DNA from: Octopus sinensis
Taxonomy: Eukaryota
NCBI RefSeq assembly: GCF_006345805.1
Contig: NC_043004.1
Coordinates: forward strand, 103,044,001 to 103,108,000
Length of the DNA stretch: 64,000 bases
Reading direction: 5' to 3'
Part shown: positions 1 to 12,518 of the stretch, piece by piece
How positions within the stretch are numbered: position 1 is the first letter of the stretch
Layout: every line of letters begins with the position of its first letter
Made by a program: the position numbers and the translations under genes
Notes under the pieces: model-generated
Seen by the model: the letters and a program-made list of their open reading frames with translations, nothing else
Told to the model about the DNA's origin: nothing
The model's database searches: none

Positions 1-580
1 TGTATCCTTTATTCATCTAATAGCATCTACTTAGAGTCTCTCCAAAAAAGTCATAACTCTCCCTCCAACACCAACCCTCTATAGGAAATAACAGTACTTC
101 TAGTGAACGGACTGCTCGACTGTTAGACGGCTGTGAGAGCTTGATGGCATTCCAGATACCAAGTGTTCAATCTTGGTCTCTGCCTGAGGCAGGACTACAT
201 CTTTATCAAAGAGGACGAGCTGTGGAAATATCAGTCTGACAAATGACAAGCACACTTATTCACTGTCAAGCAATTGCTGGAAAAGTTACAACCGCAGCGA
301 ACGTCTGTGCATCATTAGTTACGGCATGTGTTGGCCGTACATGGACCGTCTGATCATTGAAACACGTCCCTTCAACGGAAGGAGGAAGACCAAACGCATC
401 GAAATATGTGTATACACACATTACCTATTTTTCTATCCTGGATCGCGTTGTAAATTTCTTTTATATATATGGTATATACAGGTGCTTACAATTATCAAGT
501 ATTCACCCTGAATTTATACATACATATATATATATAGTATATATATAATATATTATAATATATATATATATTTTGATATG

Positions 581-616
<36 letters not shown>

Positions 617-685
617 TATATATATGTATATTATATATATAATTATAGTATATATAATATATATATATGTATATATATATGTATA

Positions 686-725
<40 letters not shown>

Positions 726-1153
726 GCGCAGGAGTGGCTGTGTGGTAAGTAGCTTGTTTACCAACCACATGGTTCCAGGTTCAGTCCCACTGCGTGGCAC
801 CTTGGGCAAGTGGTCTTCTACTATAGCCTCGGGCTGACCAAAGCCTTGTGAGTGGATTTGGTAGACGGAAACTGAAGAAGCCTGTCGTATATATGTATAT
901 AATATATGGTGTATGTGTGTGTGTGTTTGTGTGTGTCTGTGTGTGTGTTTGTCCCCCTAGCATTGCTTGACAACCGATGCTGGTGTGTTTATGTCCCCGT
1001 CACTTAGCGGTTCGGCAAAAGAGACCGATAGAATAAGTACTGGTCTTACAAAGAATAAGTCCCGGGGTCGATTTGCTCGATTAAAGGCGTTGCTCCAGCA
1101 TGGCCGCAGTCAAATGACTGAAACAAGTAAAAGAGTAAAAGAGTAAAAGAGTA
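726..1153 (+). mobile_element. tRNA-derived SINE, family 1 (full length)
   Basis: Head GCAGGAGTGGCTGTGTGGT (A-box-like) and GGTTCAGTCCC (B-box-like), internal (TA)/(TG) tract, AAAGAGT-repeat tail; more than 10 copies in the window. Confidence 0.9.
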
Positions 1154-1264
1154 TATATATATGTAGGCGTTTTCAAATCAAGGCTGGACCTCTTCCTGTC
1201 GAGAGTCCCTGATGAACCTACCTCACGGCAAGAGGTGCAAATGAGAGTAGCTACATCAAACTCC

Positions 1265-1510
1265 ATTCTTCACCAAGTGCCATATATTGAGCGAAAACAC
1301 CTAAAAGTTCCACGAGAATCCGGCAGGGGGTGGTAGCGACCCCTGTTATACTCTTTCGCCACAACTTTCTCTCACTCTCTCTTCCTGTTTCTTGAGTAAC
1401 GGTGCGATGGACTGGCGTCCCGTCCATCTGGCGGTGAACACATACGCCACAGAAACCGGAAAACCGGACCCATGAGCCTGGCTAGGCTTTAAAAGGACGC
1501 ATAAATAAAT
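1265..1510 (+). mobile_element. SINE family 3, 3' part with V-domain-like motif
   Basis: GCGATGGACTGGCGTCCCGTCC ... CATGAGCCTGGCTAGGCTTTAAAAG shared with the copy at 46005-46250; ends in (TAAA)n. Confidence 0.7.
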
Positions 1511-1628
1511 AATGTATGTATGTATATATATATATATTATATATATTATTATTATTATTATTATTATTACCACCACCACTATCACATCCACCGCTACTTC
1601 TACAAACATCACCACTACAATCCCTTCA

Positions 1629-1689
<61 letters not shown>

Positions 1690-2377
1690 ACTACTACTAC
1701 TACTACAACTATCATCACCACTATTACCAACACCGTTCTCACCACGAACACCACCACCACCACCACCATCACCATTCTCACCTCCCACTATGTGGACCTC
1801 TCTTACGGCTTCTCTCTGTTATCGCTATTCCTTCAGTTTATATTTTCAGACATTTATTTTATATCATTTTATTTCATTCTTTTAGCCTTCATGTTGGCCA
1901 CATTTCTGAAGGGTAAAGTGTGTTCTACTAAATACCACAAGGCATTTTTATTCGACATTCTACCGACAATGCCAAACTACCGCCCTTAAACACTTTATTA
2001 ATAATATGCCATCTATGGGCGCCTGTGCAAGCACGTTCTATATGCTAGAAAGAGCAGCTAATGTTCCGTTAAATTACACCGAACCATCTTAAACCTTTTA
2101 TTTGTTTCACTCACTGGATTGCAGCCATACTGGGACACCACTTTGAAGAATTTTAGTCGAATGTATCGACTCCAGCATTTATTTCTTTTTAAAGCCTGTT
2201 TATTCTATCATCACTTTTGGCGAACCGCTATTTTACAGGGCAGTAAGCAAACCAATACTAGTTGTTAAGAGGTTATAGGTGACAAACACAAAGACATGTA
2301 CTTACATACATTCATATACATATGTGTGTGTGTGTGTGTATGTGTGTGTGTATAAATTTATATATATATATATATAT

Positions 2378-2590
2378 TACTTGTTTTCAGTCATTTGATT
2401 GCGGCCATGCTGGAGCACCGCCTTAAGTCGAACATATCGACCCCAGGACTTATTCTTTGTATGCCTAGTACTTATTCTACCGGTGTCTTTTGCCAAACCG
2501 CTAAAAGTCACGGGGACGTAAGCTCACCAACATCGGTGTCAAGCGATGGTGGGGGACAAACAGACATACAAATACATACATACATTTGTA
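2378..2590 (-). mobile_element. SINE family 1, 3' half
   Basis: Reverse complement of the family 1 tail region. Confidence 0.8.
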
Positions 2591-2593
2591 TAT

Positions 2594-2626
<33 letters not shown>

Positions 2627-3424
2627 CATACACATATAGATACATATATATATTGCTTTCTATTGCGTTTTGTTCCAGTTTTATATTTACATATATTTTA
2701 TATATATATATAGCGGCGTACGTACACCCATGTGCCCACCTTATAGAAGGTATGTATCTAAATTTTGTACCACTCTTACTCTATCTTTTATTCCCCCTCT
2801 CATTTTCCTTTCTTTTTCTCGCACCCCCTCTCTCACATTTCTTTCCCACTCGTTTATCTCCCCTGCACCTTTCTCTCTGATTTTTTTCTAATCCTTCGAT
2901 CCTGCTGTCCCCTAGCCATCTCTCCTCCTTGCACGTGACCGGTGTCCGGCCAGCCATGATCTTTCTTTCTTGGCCTGACTGCTGACTGCCAACACCTTTT
3001 ATGTCCATCTCCCATGTTCCTGCCTTTATGTCCATCTCCCATGTTCATACACTCCACTCGATTTGATTCATTCTCAGTCGAAAGACGCCTGTTGTTATTT
3101 CTTGTTGTTTGTATTCGTAATTGTGTACCATGTTCTCCTTTTTTTTTTGGTTTATTTGTTTTTTTGTTTTTGTTGCCGTACACATTCACTAGCTCTCTTA
3201 CAAAGGGGTCTAATGCTCTTAGCTTGGACTTTTTTGGGGACAACCAGATCGAATCATCTCAAGTGTAACTGCTCGAAATGGTCGTGACTTTGATTGGTCT
3301 TGGATTTGATTGATGAAAGAAAGCCAAGACCGACCCGTCTTTTCTTGCCTGTCCTTCTAATTGTTGTTTCTCTTGTCCGCCTCTGTATCGTCTATTTGTC
3401 CCACTATTGCGTTTTTCTTTCATT

Positions 3425-3605
3425 TATATATATATATATATATATATATGACGGGCTTCTTTCAGTTTCCGTCTACCAAATCAACTCACAAGGCTTTAGT
3501 CGGCCCGAGGCTATAGTAGGAGACACTTGCCTGAGGTGCCATGCAGTGGGATTGAATCCGGAATAATGTGGTTGGGAAGCAAGCTTTTTACCACACAGCC
3601 TCCCC
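3425..3605 (-). mobile_element. SINE family 1, 5' half
   Basis: Reverse complement of the family 1 head. Confidence 0.8.
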
Positions 3606-3865
3606 ACCCACATATATATACTTCCATTATGTTTTCTATCTGTCTCTCTATCCCCACTTTCTCTTTTTCTCTCTCTCGTTGTTCACACGTGACGATCGTC
3701 CATCTTTCTTTTCCTGCACGGACGTTCAAGATTGGACATTTTTTCTCTCTCTTCTATCTTTTCTCTTTTCAAAGAAATTTTTCTCTATCTGTCTCTCTCT
3801 CCCTCCCTCTCTCTCCCCCTCTCTCTCCCTCCCCCTCTCTCTCTCTCTAAATATATATGTATATA

Positions 3866-4271
3866 TACTCTTTACTCTTTTACTTGTTTCAGTCATTTGA
3901 CTGGGGCCATGCTGGAGCACCGCCCTTAGTCACGCAAATCTACCGCAGGACTTATTTTTGTAAGCCTAGTACTTATTCTATCGGTCACTTTTGCCGAACC
4001 GTTAAGTTACGGAGACGTAAACACACCAACATCGGTTGTCAAGCGATGTTGTGGGGGGGGGAGCAAACACAGACACACAAACATATACACACATATACAT
4101 ATATATATACACACATATATACGACGGGCTTCTTTCAGTTTCCGTCTACCAAATCCACTCACAAGGCTTTGGTCGGCCCGAGGCTATAGTAGAAGACACT
4201 TGTCCAAGGTTGCCACGCGGTGGGACCGAACCCGGAACCATGTAGTTGGTAAGCAATATACTTACCACACA
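3866..4271 (-). mobile_element. SINE family 1 (full length)
   Basis: Reverse complement of the 726-1153 element. Confidence 0.9.
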
Positions 4272-4365
4272 ATATATATATAATATATATATATATATAT
4301 TATATATAATATATATATTATATATAATATATATATATATATATAATATATAGATATATATATAT

Positions 4366-4412
<47 letters not shown>

Positions 4413-4800
4413 AAGCTTCTGCCTACCAAATTAACTCACAAGGCTTTGGTTGCTCAGAGATTATAGCAGACGGCACTCACCGAAAGTACCACGCAGTGGC
4501 ACTAAACTCAGAACCTTATGGTTGCGAAGCAAACTATTTACCGCACAGCCACGCTTGTGCTAAAGAATTAGACAACGTAATGTTAGACACAAAATAAAAG
4601 AAGTGGTCTCAGCTATCATGCTTCTGTGCATAGGATTGCTTGATCGTGGCTAAACAACCACTACAACTCGATATCACGTAGAAGAAAAAAACTCTCTTAA
4701 ATGCAGACATAAAGGAGATCTTTAAACACTGTCTTCAATAATTTTCATTCGATAAAATTAAACAAAAATCCATAACAAAATGTCTGTGAGAAATATATAT

Positions 4801-4965
4801 GCGCAGGAGTGGCTGTGTGGTAAGTAGCTTGCTAACTAAACCACATGGTTCCGGGTTTAGTCCCACTGCGTGGCACCTTGGGCAAGTGTCTTCTACTATA
4901 TCCTCGGGCCGACCAAAGCCTTGTGAGTGGATTTGGTAGACGGAAACTGAAAGAAGCCCGTCGTA

Positions 4966-5030
<65 letters not shown>

Positions 5031-5220
5031 GCATGTGTGTGTTTGTGTGTCTGTGTTTGTCCCCCTAGCATTGCTTGACAACCGATGCTGGTGTGTTTAT
5101 GTCCCCGTTACTTAGCGGTTCGGCAAAAGACCCCGATAGAATAAGTACTGGGCTTACAAAAGAATAAGTCCCGGGGTCGAGTTGCTCGATTAAAGGCGGT
5201 GCTCCAGCATGGCCACAGTC
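4801..5220 (+). mobile_element. SINE family 1 (full length)
   Basis: Same head, internal microsatellite and tail as 726-1153. Confidence 0.9.
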
Positions 5221-5443
5221 ACATGATTGAAACAAGTAAAAGAGTAAAGAGTAAAGAGTATGAAGAACATCTCTCTCTCTTTTTTCTCTCCTTCTCTCTC
5301 TCACTTTCTCCCTCTCCCTTTCTTTATCGCTCTCTTTTTTCTCTCTTTCTCCCTCCCCTGCTCTCTTCCCTCATCTCATATTACTTTCCCATTCACACTT
5401 TCATACACACATTTCGTCATACACCCACGCACGCTCTCTCGCT

Positions 5444-5481
<38 letters not shown>

Positions 5482-5856
5482 GTATACATACAAACGAACA
5501 TAGACACATCCATGCACCTACATATACACAGTATTTCTGTTGCTATCTACTTTCCTATCAACCTACATTTTAAAATCTATTTCTTTAATAATGTACTTTT
5601 GCTGAGTCATAGCTTTTAGTACATGTTACAACACATTTCTGTTGTCAGTCACTTACTTCTGAATGAAATAAATGATTATTGCATAATAATATTTTTAGCA
5701 AGAAAATCATCTCCAATATTGGGGAAATCTACCTCAGGTGTTTCGAAGAAGTCTACGTCGAGTAATTCGGAGAACACCCGCCACGCACACACACTCAAAG
5801 CAGCCTGTCACCTTCAAAGCACTGAAAGTCTTCTTTTCCAGTTTCTTTCCTTTTAG

Positions 5857-8245
5857 TTAGAAAAGTATGCTCAAGGCAGGTCCATTCAGACTCACCAGCC
5901 TTGCCACTCTCATCGGCCTTTCTATAAATACTATTCTAGAAGGCAGCACTTCTCTTCTTACCCTCACCTTTCTTTTTAAGAGGTACTCGGAGAAGTTGAG
6001 AGCTTGACCAAATTGGAAAATGCCTGCTTTTAACCTTTCAAACGAGTCCACCACATAAACCTTTTCGTCACAGCCTCTAACTGACGGAAGATTTGCCTCC
6101 CTTCCCAGCCAAAGGAAGGTAGTACATCGATCTTTACAATAGATTTGTGAGACACACGGATTCATCCTACACGTGGCAGCAGCTGTTCGACACAAGTCCA
6201 CAAGTAGCTAATTTGCAGACACTAAATGGGTTCATCTCTCTGCATGCATGCAGATAGGTTGACGTTTGGTATTAACTTGCTCGCAAAGCTTGTCTCGATC
6301 AGGTAAAGTCCACCTATAAGAACTGCTATGCCAAGTACTTTTAGAAGTTGTCCGTAGTCTCCAGCCTGAAAGTTCCTCAGATTGTTCTCCGATGCCCAAA
6401 GTCAATCTCAGGCCATCATCACCCATACGCTCAGCTAACACTCTACAGAAATCTAGCGTTGTTTTCCTGCCACCGACCTTGTTCAACTAGTATAGTTCTG
6501 TGAATATCTACAACATTATAAATGCCAAACATCCAATCTCGGTCTACGCTTGACCCATGATTGTAACTTGGTCAAGGAAATGGGCTGTGGAAAGACGTGT
6601 CGCACGAAAAACGTCCACACCAGTTCGTCTTCATTTTCGTCGACGTCGTCAGCTCTTTCACCATGATCAAGATATGTTCGTCAGTATCACAGCATATCGG
6701 TGCGCCGTCAGAAGCGGCATCATCCCAAGGCCACCACGGGGTAAGTATTCCCAGCAGAGGAATTTTCTGACCAGCGGAACCTGTCTCTTCCATAAGAAGT
6801 AGAAAAATATGTGTGCCAGTCTTGTCAGATATTTCTTGGGACATGATGTGACGGTTAAGCGGTAGTACGCTGCCGAGGCAATGTATACATTAATTACTTC
6901 CGCCTGACCTTTCCGGGAAAGTTACTTATCAACACATTCCTGAGTGAGATGGGTCACTCTATTCGCGACCTCTTATTAGTTCCTTTCCACTCGGAGGTTT
7001 GATCTGTACCGTGCTCCAAGCATTTGGCGGGCCTTCAGTTAAGCGATAGAAATCACTGCTGGCCAATCTGGACTTGCCTCTTCATATGTTTTGCTGCAAG
7101 CATATCGACTTGTCCCGGTTTATGTGTGCTCCTGTACATACCCGTGCTTCTTCCAGTACCGTGTCGACCGCTTCTATATCCAAAGTGTCCGACACCATTC
7201 AGTCTTTGTGTCGACCGCTTCTATATCCAAAGTGTCCGACACCATTCAGTCTTTGTGTCGACCGCTTCTATATCCAAAGTGTCCGACACCATTCAGTCTT
7301 TGTGTCGACCGCTTCTATATCCAAAGTGTCCGACACCATTCAGTCTTTGTGTCGACCGCTTCTATATCCAAAGTGTCCGACACCATTCAGTCTTTGTGTC
7401 GACGCTTCTATATCCAAAGTGTCCGACACCATTCAGTCTTTGTGTCGATCGCTTCTATATCCAAAGTGTCCGACACCATTCAGTCTTTGTGTCGACCGCT
7501 TCTATATCCAAAGTGTCCGACACCATTCAGTCTTTGTGTCGACCGCTTCTATATCCAAAGTGTCCGACACCATTCAGTCTTTGTGTCGACCGCTTCTATA
7601 TCCAAAGTGTGTCCGACACCATTCAGTCTTTGTGTCGACCGCTTCTATATCCAAAGTGTCCGACACCATTCAGTCTTTGTGTCGACCGCTTCTATATCCA
7701 AAGTGTCCGACACCATTCAGTCTTTGTGTCGATCGCTTCTATATCCAAAGTGTCCGACACCATTCAGTCTTTGTGTCGACCGCTTCTATATCCAAAGTGT
7801 CCGACACCATTCAGTCTTTGTGTCGACCGCTTCTATATCCAAAGTGTCCGACACCATTCAGTCTTTGTGTCGACCGCTTCTATATCCAAAGTGTCCGACA
7901 CCATTCAGTCTTTGTGTCGACCGCTTCTATATCCAAAGTGTCCGACACCATTCAGTCTTTGTGTCGACCGCTTCTATATCCAAAGTGTCCGACACCATTA
8001 CAGTGACGTCGTTCGTGTATGCAGACACAACTCGCTTCTGACCCAGTTTAAGCTGGATGTTTCACAAATTCTCCATCCTCCATAATATATTCCAGAGCCA
8101 AAACACATAATTGAGGAGAGAGGGATATTCTTATGGACTGAGCTGTCGATGCTGAGTGGTTCCGGGAGGTGACCGTTTCATATGACTACCGAACAGAAGC
8201 CTACAAGGATCGGATTAGTATATCAGTTAAGTGACGATTGGCAGG
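5857..8245 (-). mobile_element. Degenerate L1/Tx1-clade LINE ORF2, 3' half, interrupted by a minisatellite
   Basis: Manual minus-strand translation: NGHLPEPLSI; VSAYTNDVTVMVSD (YADD relic); TGAHINRDKS; LSRKGQAEVINVYIAS; FLWKRQVPLVRK..GGLG. Multiple stops and frameshifts; continues the same RT type as 62932-64000. Confidence 0.8.
7161..7999. repeat. 47-bp minisatellite, ~17.8 copies
   Basis: Unit GTGTCGACCGCTTCTATATCCAAAGTGTCCGACACCATTCAGTCTTT; unit starts counted at 7161, 7208, 7255 ... 7961; only 4 variant units. Confidence 0.98.
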
Positions 8246-8349
8246 AGAAATTGAAAAGAGGCAAATGTTGCTGTCGGTGGTAGTAATGTGCAGGTGTGTG
8301 TGTTTGTGTGTATGTGGGGGAAGGGCGTCAGATTTTAGCAAGAAACAAG

Positions 8350-8770
8350 CGATAGAATCAAATAGATTAGAGAAGAATTAGCAAGTAAATTCGAGAAGGA
8401 AATTAGGCAAGGCATGACAACCGATGTGAAAGCGGGGGAGAATGGTTGTTGGCCGCTTCTTTAATGCGAAACACGAAAGTTGTGTTGTCAAAGCTAAGGC
8501 ACCACGTCTGGATATGGTAGGTATCTAATCAGTCTGGATCAAATTCTTACTAAAACTTCCGATGCGACTTTCGTTACTTGGAAGCTGCCCTTAAAGCAAC
8601 CGGTCTCGGCTCCGTCTTCAGAGGATGAAACACTGCAGTGCACAGTGGAATCTACTCAGAAGCAAAAGTAAATCGAAACCGTTTCGAATCCCTTCTGTCA
8701 AGGGTGTCGTCATTTCTGCCTAGGGCGTCGTCTCACATCCATTTTTGTATGAGCTGGCACTCAAGACTCT
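8350..8770 (+). mobile_element. Internally deleted L1/Tx1 ORF2 relic
   Basis: FFNAKHESCVVKAK, YLISLDQ and RYLEAALKATGLGSVFRG match motifs in the 62932-64000 frame. Confidence 0.65.
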
Positions 8771-8805
8771 ATTACGACAGCTGGCATGACATCCCGTTCA
8801 AACCG

Positions 8806-8860
8806 TAGTAGTAGTAGTAGTAGTAGTAGTAACAGCAGCAACAGCAGCAACAGCAGCAGC

Positions 8861-8900
<40 letters not shown>

Positions 8901-8990
8901 TAGTAGTGGTAGTAGTAGTAGCAGCAGCAGCAGCAGTAGTAGTAGTAGCAACAGGAGCAGCAGCAACAGTAGTATTAGTAGTAGTAGTAT

Positions 8991-9033
<43 letters not shown>
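8806..9033. repeat. Compound (TAG)n/(CAG)n trinucleotide microsatellite
   Basis: Direct reading. Confidence 0.95.
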
Positions 9034-9510
9034 TATAAAAAGAACGACAACTGTCAAATAAGTTGGAGGTTTTTTTCTTTGTTACATTTCTGTTGTTAAG
9101 TCTTGAATAAGGTTATTTTAAAATAAGAGATGATGTAACATTCTTTAAATATACAAGCTGTCTGATCTCTCATTTATTGCCCCTCTCGCAGCTTTTCAGC
9201 GTGGGGACCACTTGCTGTGCTGTGACACGCTCAGCACACACACACGCACACACATACACACACAAACTGGATGCGCGCACACATTCACACAACAGGCGTA
9301 CACATTCACACAACAGACGCACACCCATACGTGTACACACATTAGACACACACGCATATCAGATACAGACACATACACACGCGCGCGCACGCGCAAAGAC
9401 GGCGTGATCACTCGAAAATGCAAGAAATAGCAGCAAAATTTTATTTGAAAAAAAAAAAATCACACTCCATTAGCTTCAAAAAATGGAAGGGCACACATTA
9501 GACAATGTAG

Positions 9511-9806
9511 GGATCTTTTCACTTTGACCGGCAGATTTTTAAAATAATTTCTTTGTAACTAAACACTTTTAAACTTCGTATACTGAAATTGTATTCACCT
9601 CAATAGACGTCATTGATTGGTTGAAATTGCCTAAATGCAAGAAATTAAACAAGAAATAGCTTACAAACTACATAATTTTCTCAAGAAAGCCAAGAGAAGA
9701 AAAAGATGTTTTATGTAACACATTCTACCAGTATACGAAGTTTAAAAGTGTTTAGTTAATAAAGAAATTATTTTAAAAATCTGCCGGTCAAAGTGAAAAG
9801 ATCTGC
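9511..9806. mobile_element. MITE with ~75-bp TIRs and 8-bp TSD (Merlin-like or hAT-like)
   Basis: TIR GGATCTTTTCACTTTGACCGGCAGATTTT and its complement; CAATGTAG at 9503-9510 and 9807-9814. Confidence 0.85.
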
Positions 9807-10043
9807 CAATGTAGTCCCACATATCCATTCCACACCCACGCAAAAGAAACACGAAGGTCATGTTTGGAATCATTTTAATCGAAGAGATATTTGATGTATG
9901 CAGTTAAGATTGACCAGGAGCGAAAACAGCCATAACAACAACAGCAAAAGTAACAACAAAACATTACACCCGTCACGCGTGCGTGCACACACACAAGCGA
10001 ACGCGCGTGCAAACACTCATACAGATAAACGCACACAATAAAT

Positions 10044-10198
10044 TATTTGTGAATTCTCTAATTTAGACTCCAACAGATTTCGTTTTATAGTTATTTTGAA
10101 AGGATACAAATCCCAGATCCCTATTTGTGAATTCTCTAATTTAGACCCCAACAGATTTCGTTTTACAGTTATTTTGAAAGGATACAAATCCCAGATCA
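10044..10198. repeat. 78-bp tandem duplication, 2 copies
   Basis: Units start at 10044 and 10122. Confidence 0.9.
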
Positions 10199-10331
10199 TT
10201 GTTTATGAACATTACGAAAATGTACAACGTGTTAGCATATGTTAGCACCATGTCTCATTTTATTTTTTAAAATATGTATCTACATATATGTATTAAGAAC
10301 AATTAATGAGTCTGTTTTCTGAAGGTAAGGG

Positions 10332-10780
10332 GGATCTTTTCGGTTTGAACGGCAGTTTTTAACATAATTTCTAGGTAACTAAAAAATTTTAAACTTCGTA
10401 TACTGGTAGAATGTGTTTATAAAACATCTTTTTCTCTTGGCTTTATTGAGAAAATTCTACAGTTTGTAAGATATTTGCTGTTTCTTTTTCTTCAATTTCT
10501 GCAATTTCAACCAATCAATGACGTCTTTTGAGGTAAAAAAACATTCTGTGCCGTATGAATATGTCCCTCGTTTAAGAAACAGATTGGGTTTATTTACATT
10601 TGTGAAGAACAAAAGATACCCTTCCCCCACCCTAACCCTAACCCTAACCCTAACTAACCCTAAGTAACCCTAACCCTAAAACAGATTGAAATGCAATAGA
10701 TCGATACTAGGGTCATAATTATGGGTGACAATTTCATATGACACCGCTAGAAAAAACTGCCGTTCAAACCGAAAAGATCC
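10332..10780. mobile_element. Related MITE carrying (CCCTAA)n; 8-bp TSD
   Basis: TIR GGATCTTTTCGGTTTGAACGGCAGTTTT; flanks GGTAAGGG (10324-10331) and GGTAAGAG (10781-10788); telomeric repeats at ~10629-10678. Confidence 0.85.
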
Positions 10781-11799
10781 GGTAAGAGGTTATGTAGATG
10801 TGTTTGAAGGTTTACTATACACAAGTGTGTATTATACGAGCATGAATGGGAGGAAACTTGTTTATAGCACTTTGATGGAAGATTTTTTTTATTTAAATCG
10901 CTTTAAAATAGCAAGTACTTATAAAATCAGGGGCAGTCCCAGACGGTTAGGCATGGAAAGAGTTAAGACTGCTGGGTGTTTATACTTGAAAGCAAAAGTA
11001 CTTGTTCTAGGTCTGAGAAAAATATCATTCGAGTGTATCTGATGACATCCACAGATTTTGTTGCGTGCCGGGAAAGGGTTTACTCTTTAATCTTTACTCT
11101 TTTTTGGTTGTTTCAGTCATTTGACTGTGGCCATGCTGGAGCACCGCATTTAGTTGAGCAAATCGACCCCAGGACTTATTCTTTGGAAGCTTAGTACTTA
11201 TGCACACGCATATGAACTCAGACATACCTCCAACACACAAAACACACACGCATATTTACATACGCGCAATTACACATACATGGGCATATACACACACGCA
11301 CATATATGCACACACACGCAAACGCACACACACATAAACAGAGGAAAGCACAAATGTTCCACACACACAATCCCACACCAACCCCACGCACACATACATA
11401 CACGCACATACACACGCAGACGCACACACGCAGACGTATGCATACACTACACACAAAACACATACACACACAACATATATATATACGTATATACACACTA
11501 GTCAAAGTGCCAGTCAAACACCTTCTTACTGACCATTCTTAAGAGAAACACAACTACATAAAAGACTTCCACTTCTGCAACTGAATTCTTCCTACAACAT
11601 TAAGCCACACAAATTTCACTCAAACATACACATATAAACAGCTAAACCCACACACACACACCATACACACAACACATACACACATATGCACACACATGTG
11701 CTATTACACACACACACACACACACACACACGCACGCACGCACACACACACAGACTTGCGCGCACACACATACACACACATACCTCCTTCTCATACACT

Positions 11800-11995
11800 C
11801 TCCTGTCTTAGAAAGAACGTTTTCTTCACCCATTCCCTTCCGGTCATTTCAAAATGTAACCACATATGAATCGTTGGCGATTTTCTTTCTCCGTCTTCCC
11901 TTCTATTGGACTTCCCTCTGTTTCCGAAGAAGAGCGTCGGCTCGAAACGTTAAACCATCTGTCTTTCCTTCCCTGAGCGTCTGCTAATACTTTAA
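11800..11995 (+). mobile_element. Solo PLE-type terminal repeat containing HHR-like motif (family A)
   Basis: Shares GAAGAGCGTNGGCTCGAAACG...CCTGAGCG...CTAATAC with the 3' end of the PLE at 19381-21117. Confidence 0.7.
11920..11955 (+). ncRNA. Atypical minimal type I hammerhead-like motif (family A)
   Basis: GUUU-CCGAAGA-A-GAGC(GUCG)GCUC-GAAA-CG-UU-AAAC; U4C core variant. Confidence 0.5.
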
Positions 11996-12035
<40 letters not shown>

Positions 12036-12060
12036 TTTTATTTAAAGCAGCAGAAAATTC

Positions 12061-12113
12061 AACAAAATCTGTTACTCTGAGTTTCTCGTTGCCGTTCATC
12101 AGACAGTTTTTGC
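12061..12113 (-). ncRNA. Minimal type I hammerhead ribozyme candidate (family B)
   Basis: GCAAAAACUGU-CUGAUGA-A-CG(GCAA)CG-A-GAAA-CUCAGAG-UA-ACAGAUUUUGU; 11-bp stem I with one mismatch; GUA site. Confidence 0.65.
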
Positions 12114-12125
12114 TAGAATATATAT

Positions 12126-12208
<83 letters not shown>

Positions 12209-12214
12209 TGCACA

Positions 12215-12472
12215 CCTTTGTTTTGGGATCACCAGTACTTCCTAACTCTCCTGCTAAACTATTTTTCCCAACCAGTCGCCATGGTTGATCGCTAAATTCA
12301 CAAGTTTTTTCCTTTATTCTCTCTAGATTTATTTCCTCATATTCCTTTCAGTTGAAAAGCGTAGGCGCGAAACATAAAAAAAAGTTTCTCACTTTCCCGA
12401 GCGTTAAACTAATACACCAGCTTGTTGTTCATACACCTGTCTTCGTCTTTTCTTTTTCTGTAAATTTAACTA
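12215..12472 (+). mobile_element. Diverged solo PLE-type terminal repeat
   Basis: Degenerate family A motif at ~12345-12380; GAGCGTTAAACTAATAC; ends at (TA)n. Confidence 0.6.
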
Positions 12473-12475
12473 TAT

Positions 12476-12518
<43 letters not shown>

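Noticed and set aside
726-800. tRNA genes at SINE heads
   Set aside because: Only A/B-box-like remnants fused to SINE bodies; no cloverleaf
7024-8085. Three 310-353 aa ORFs, or a CRISPR array
   Set aside because: Translations of a 47-bp spacer-less tandem repeat; no unique spacers and no cas genes
10629-10678. True chromosome end
   Set aside because: Short, interrupted and internal to a TIR element
11030-11090. HHR at GTGTAT-CTGATGA...GAAA-GGGTTTACTC (mirror near 14395-14450)
   Set aside because: Stems II and III do not pair convincingly; at most a decayed relic
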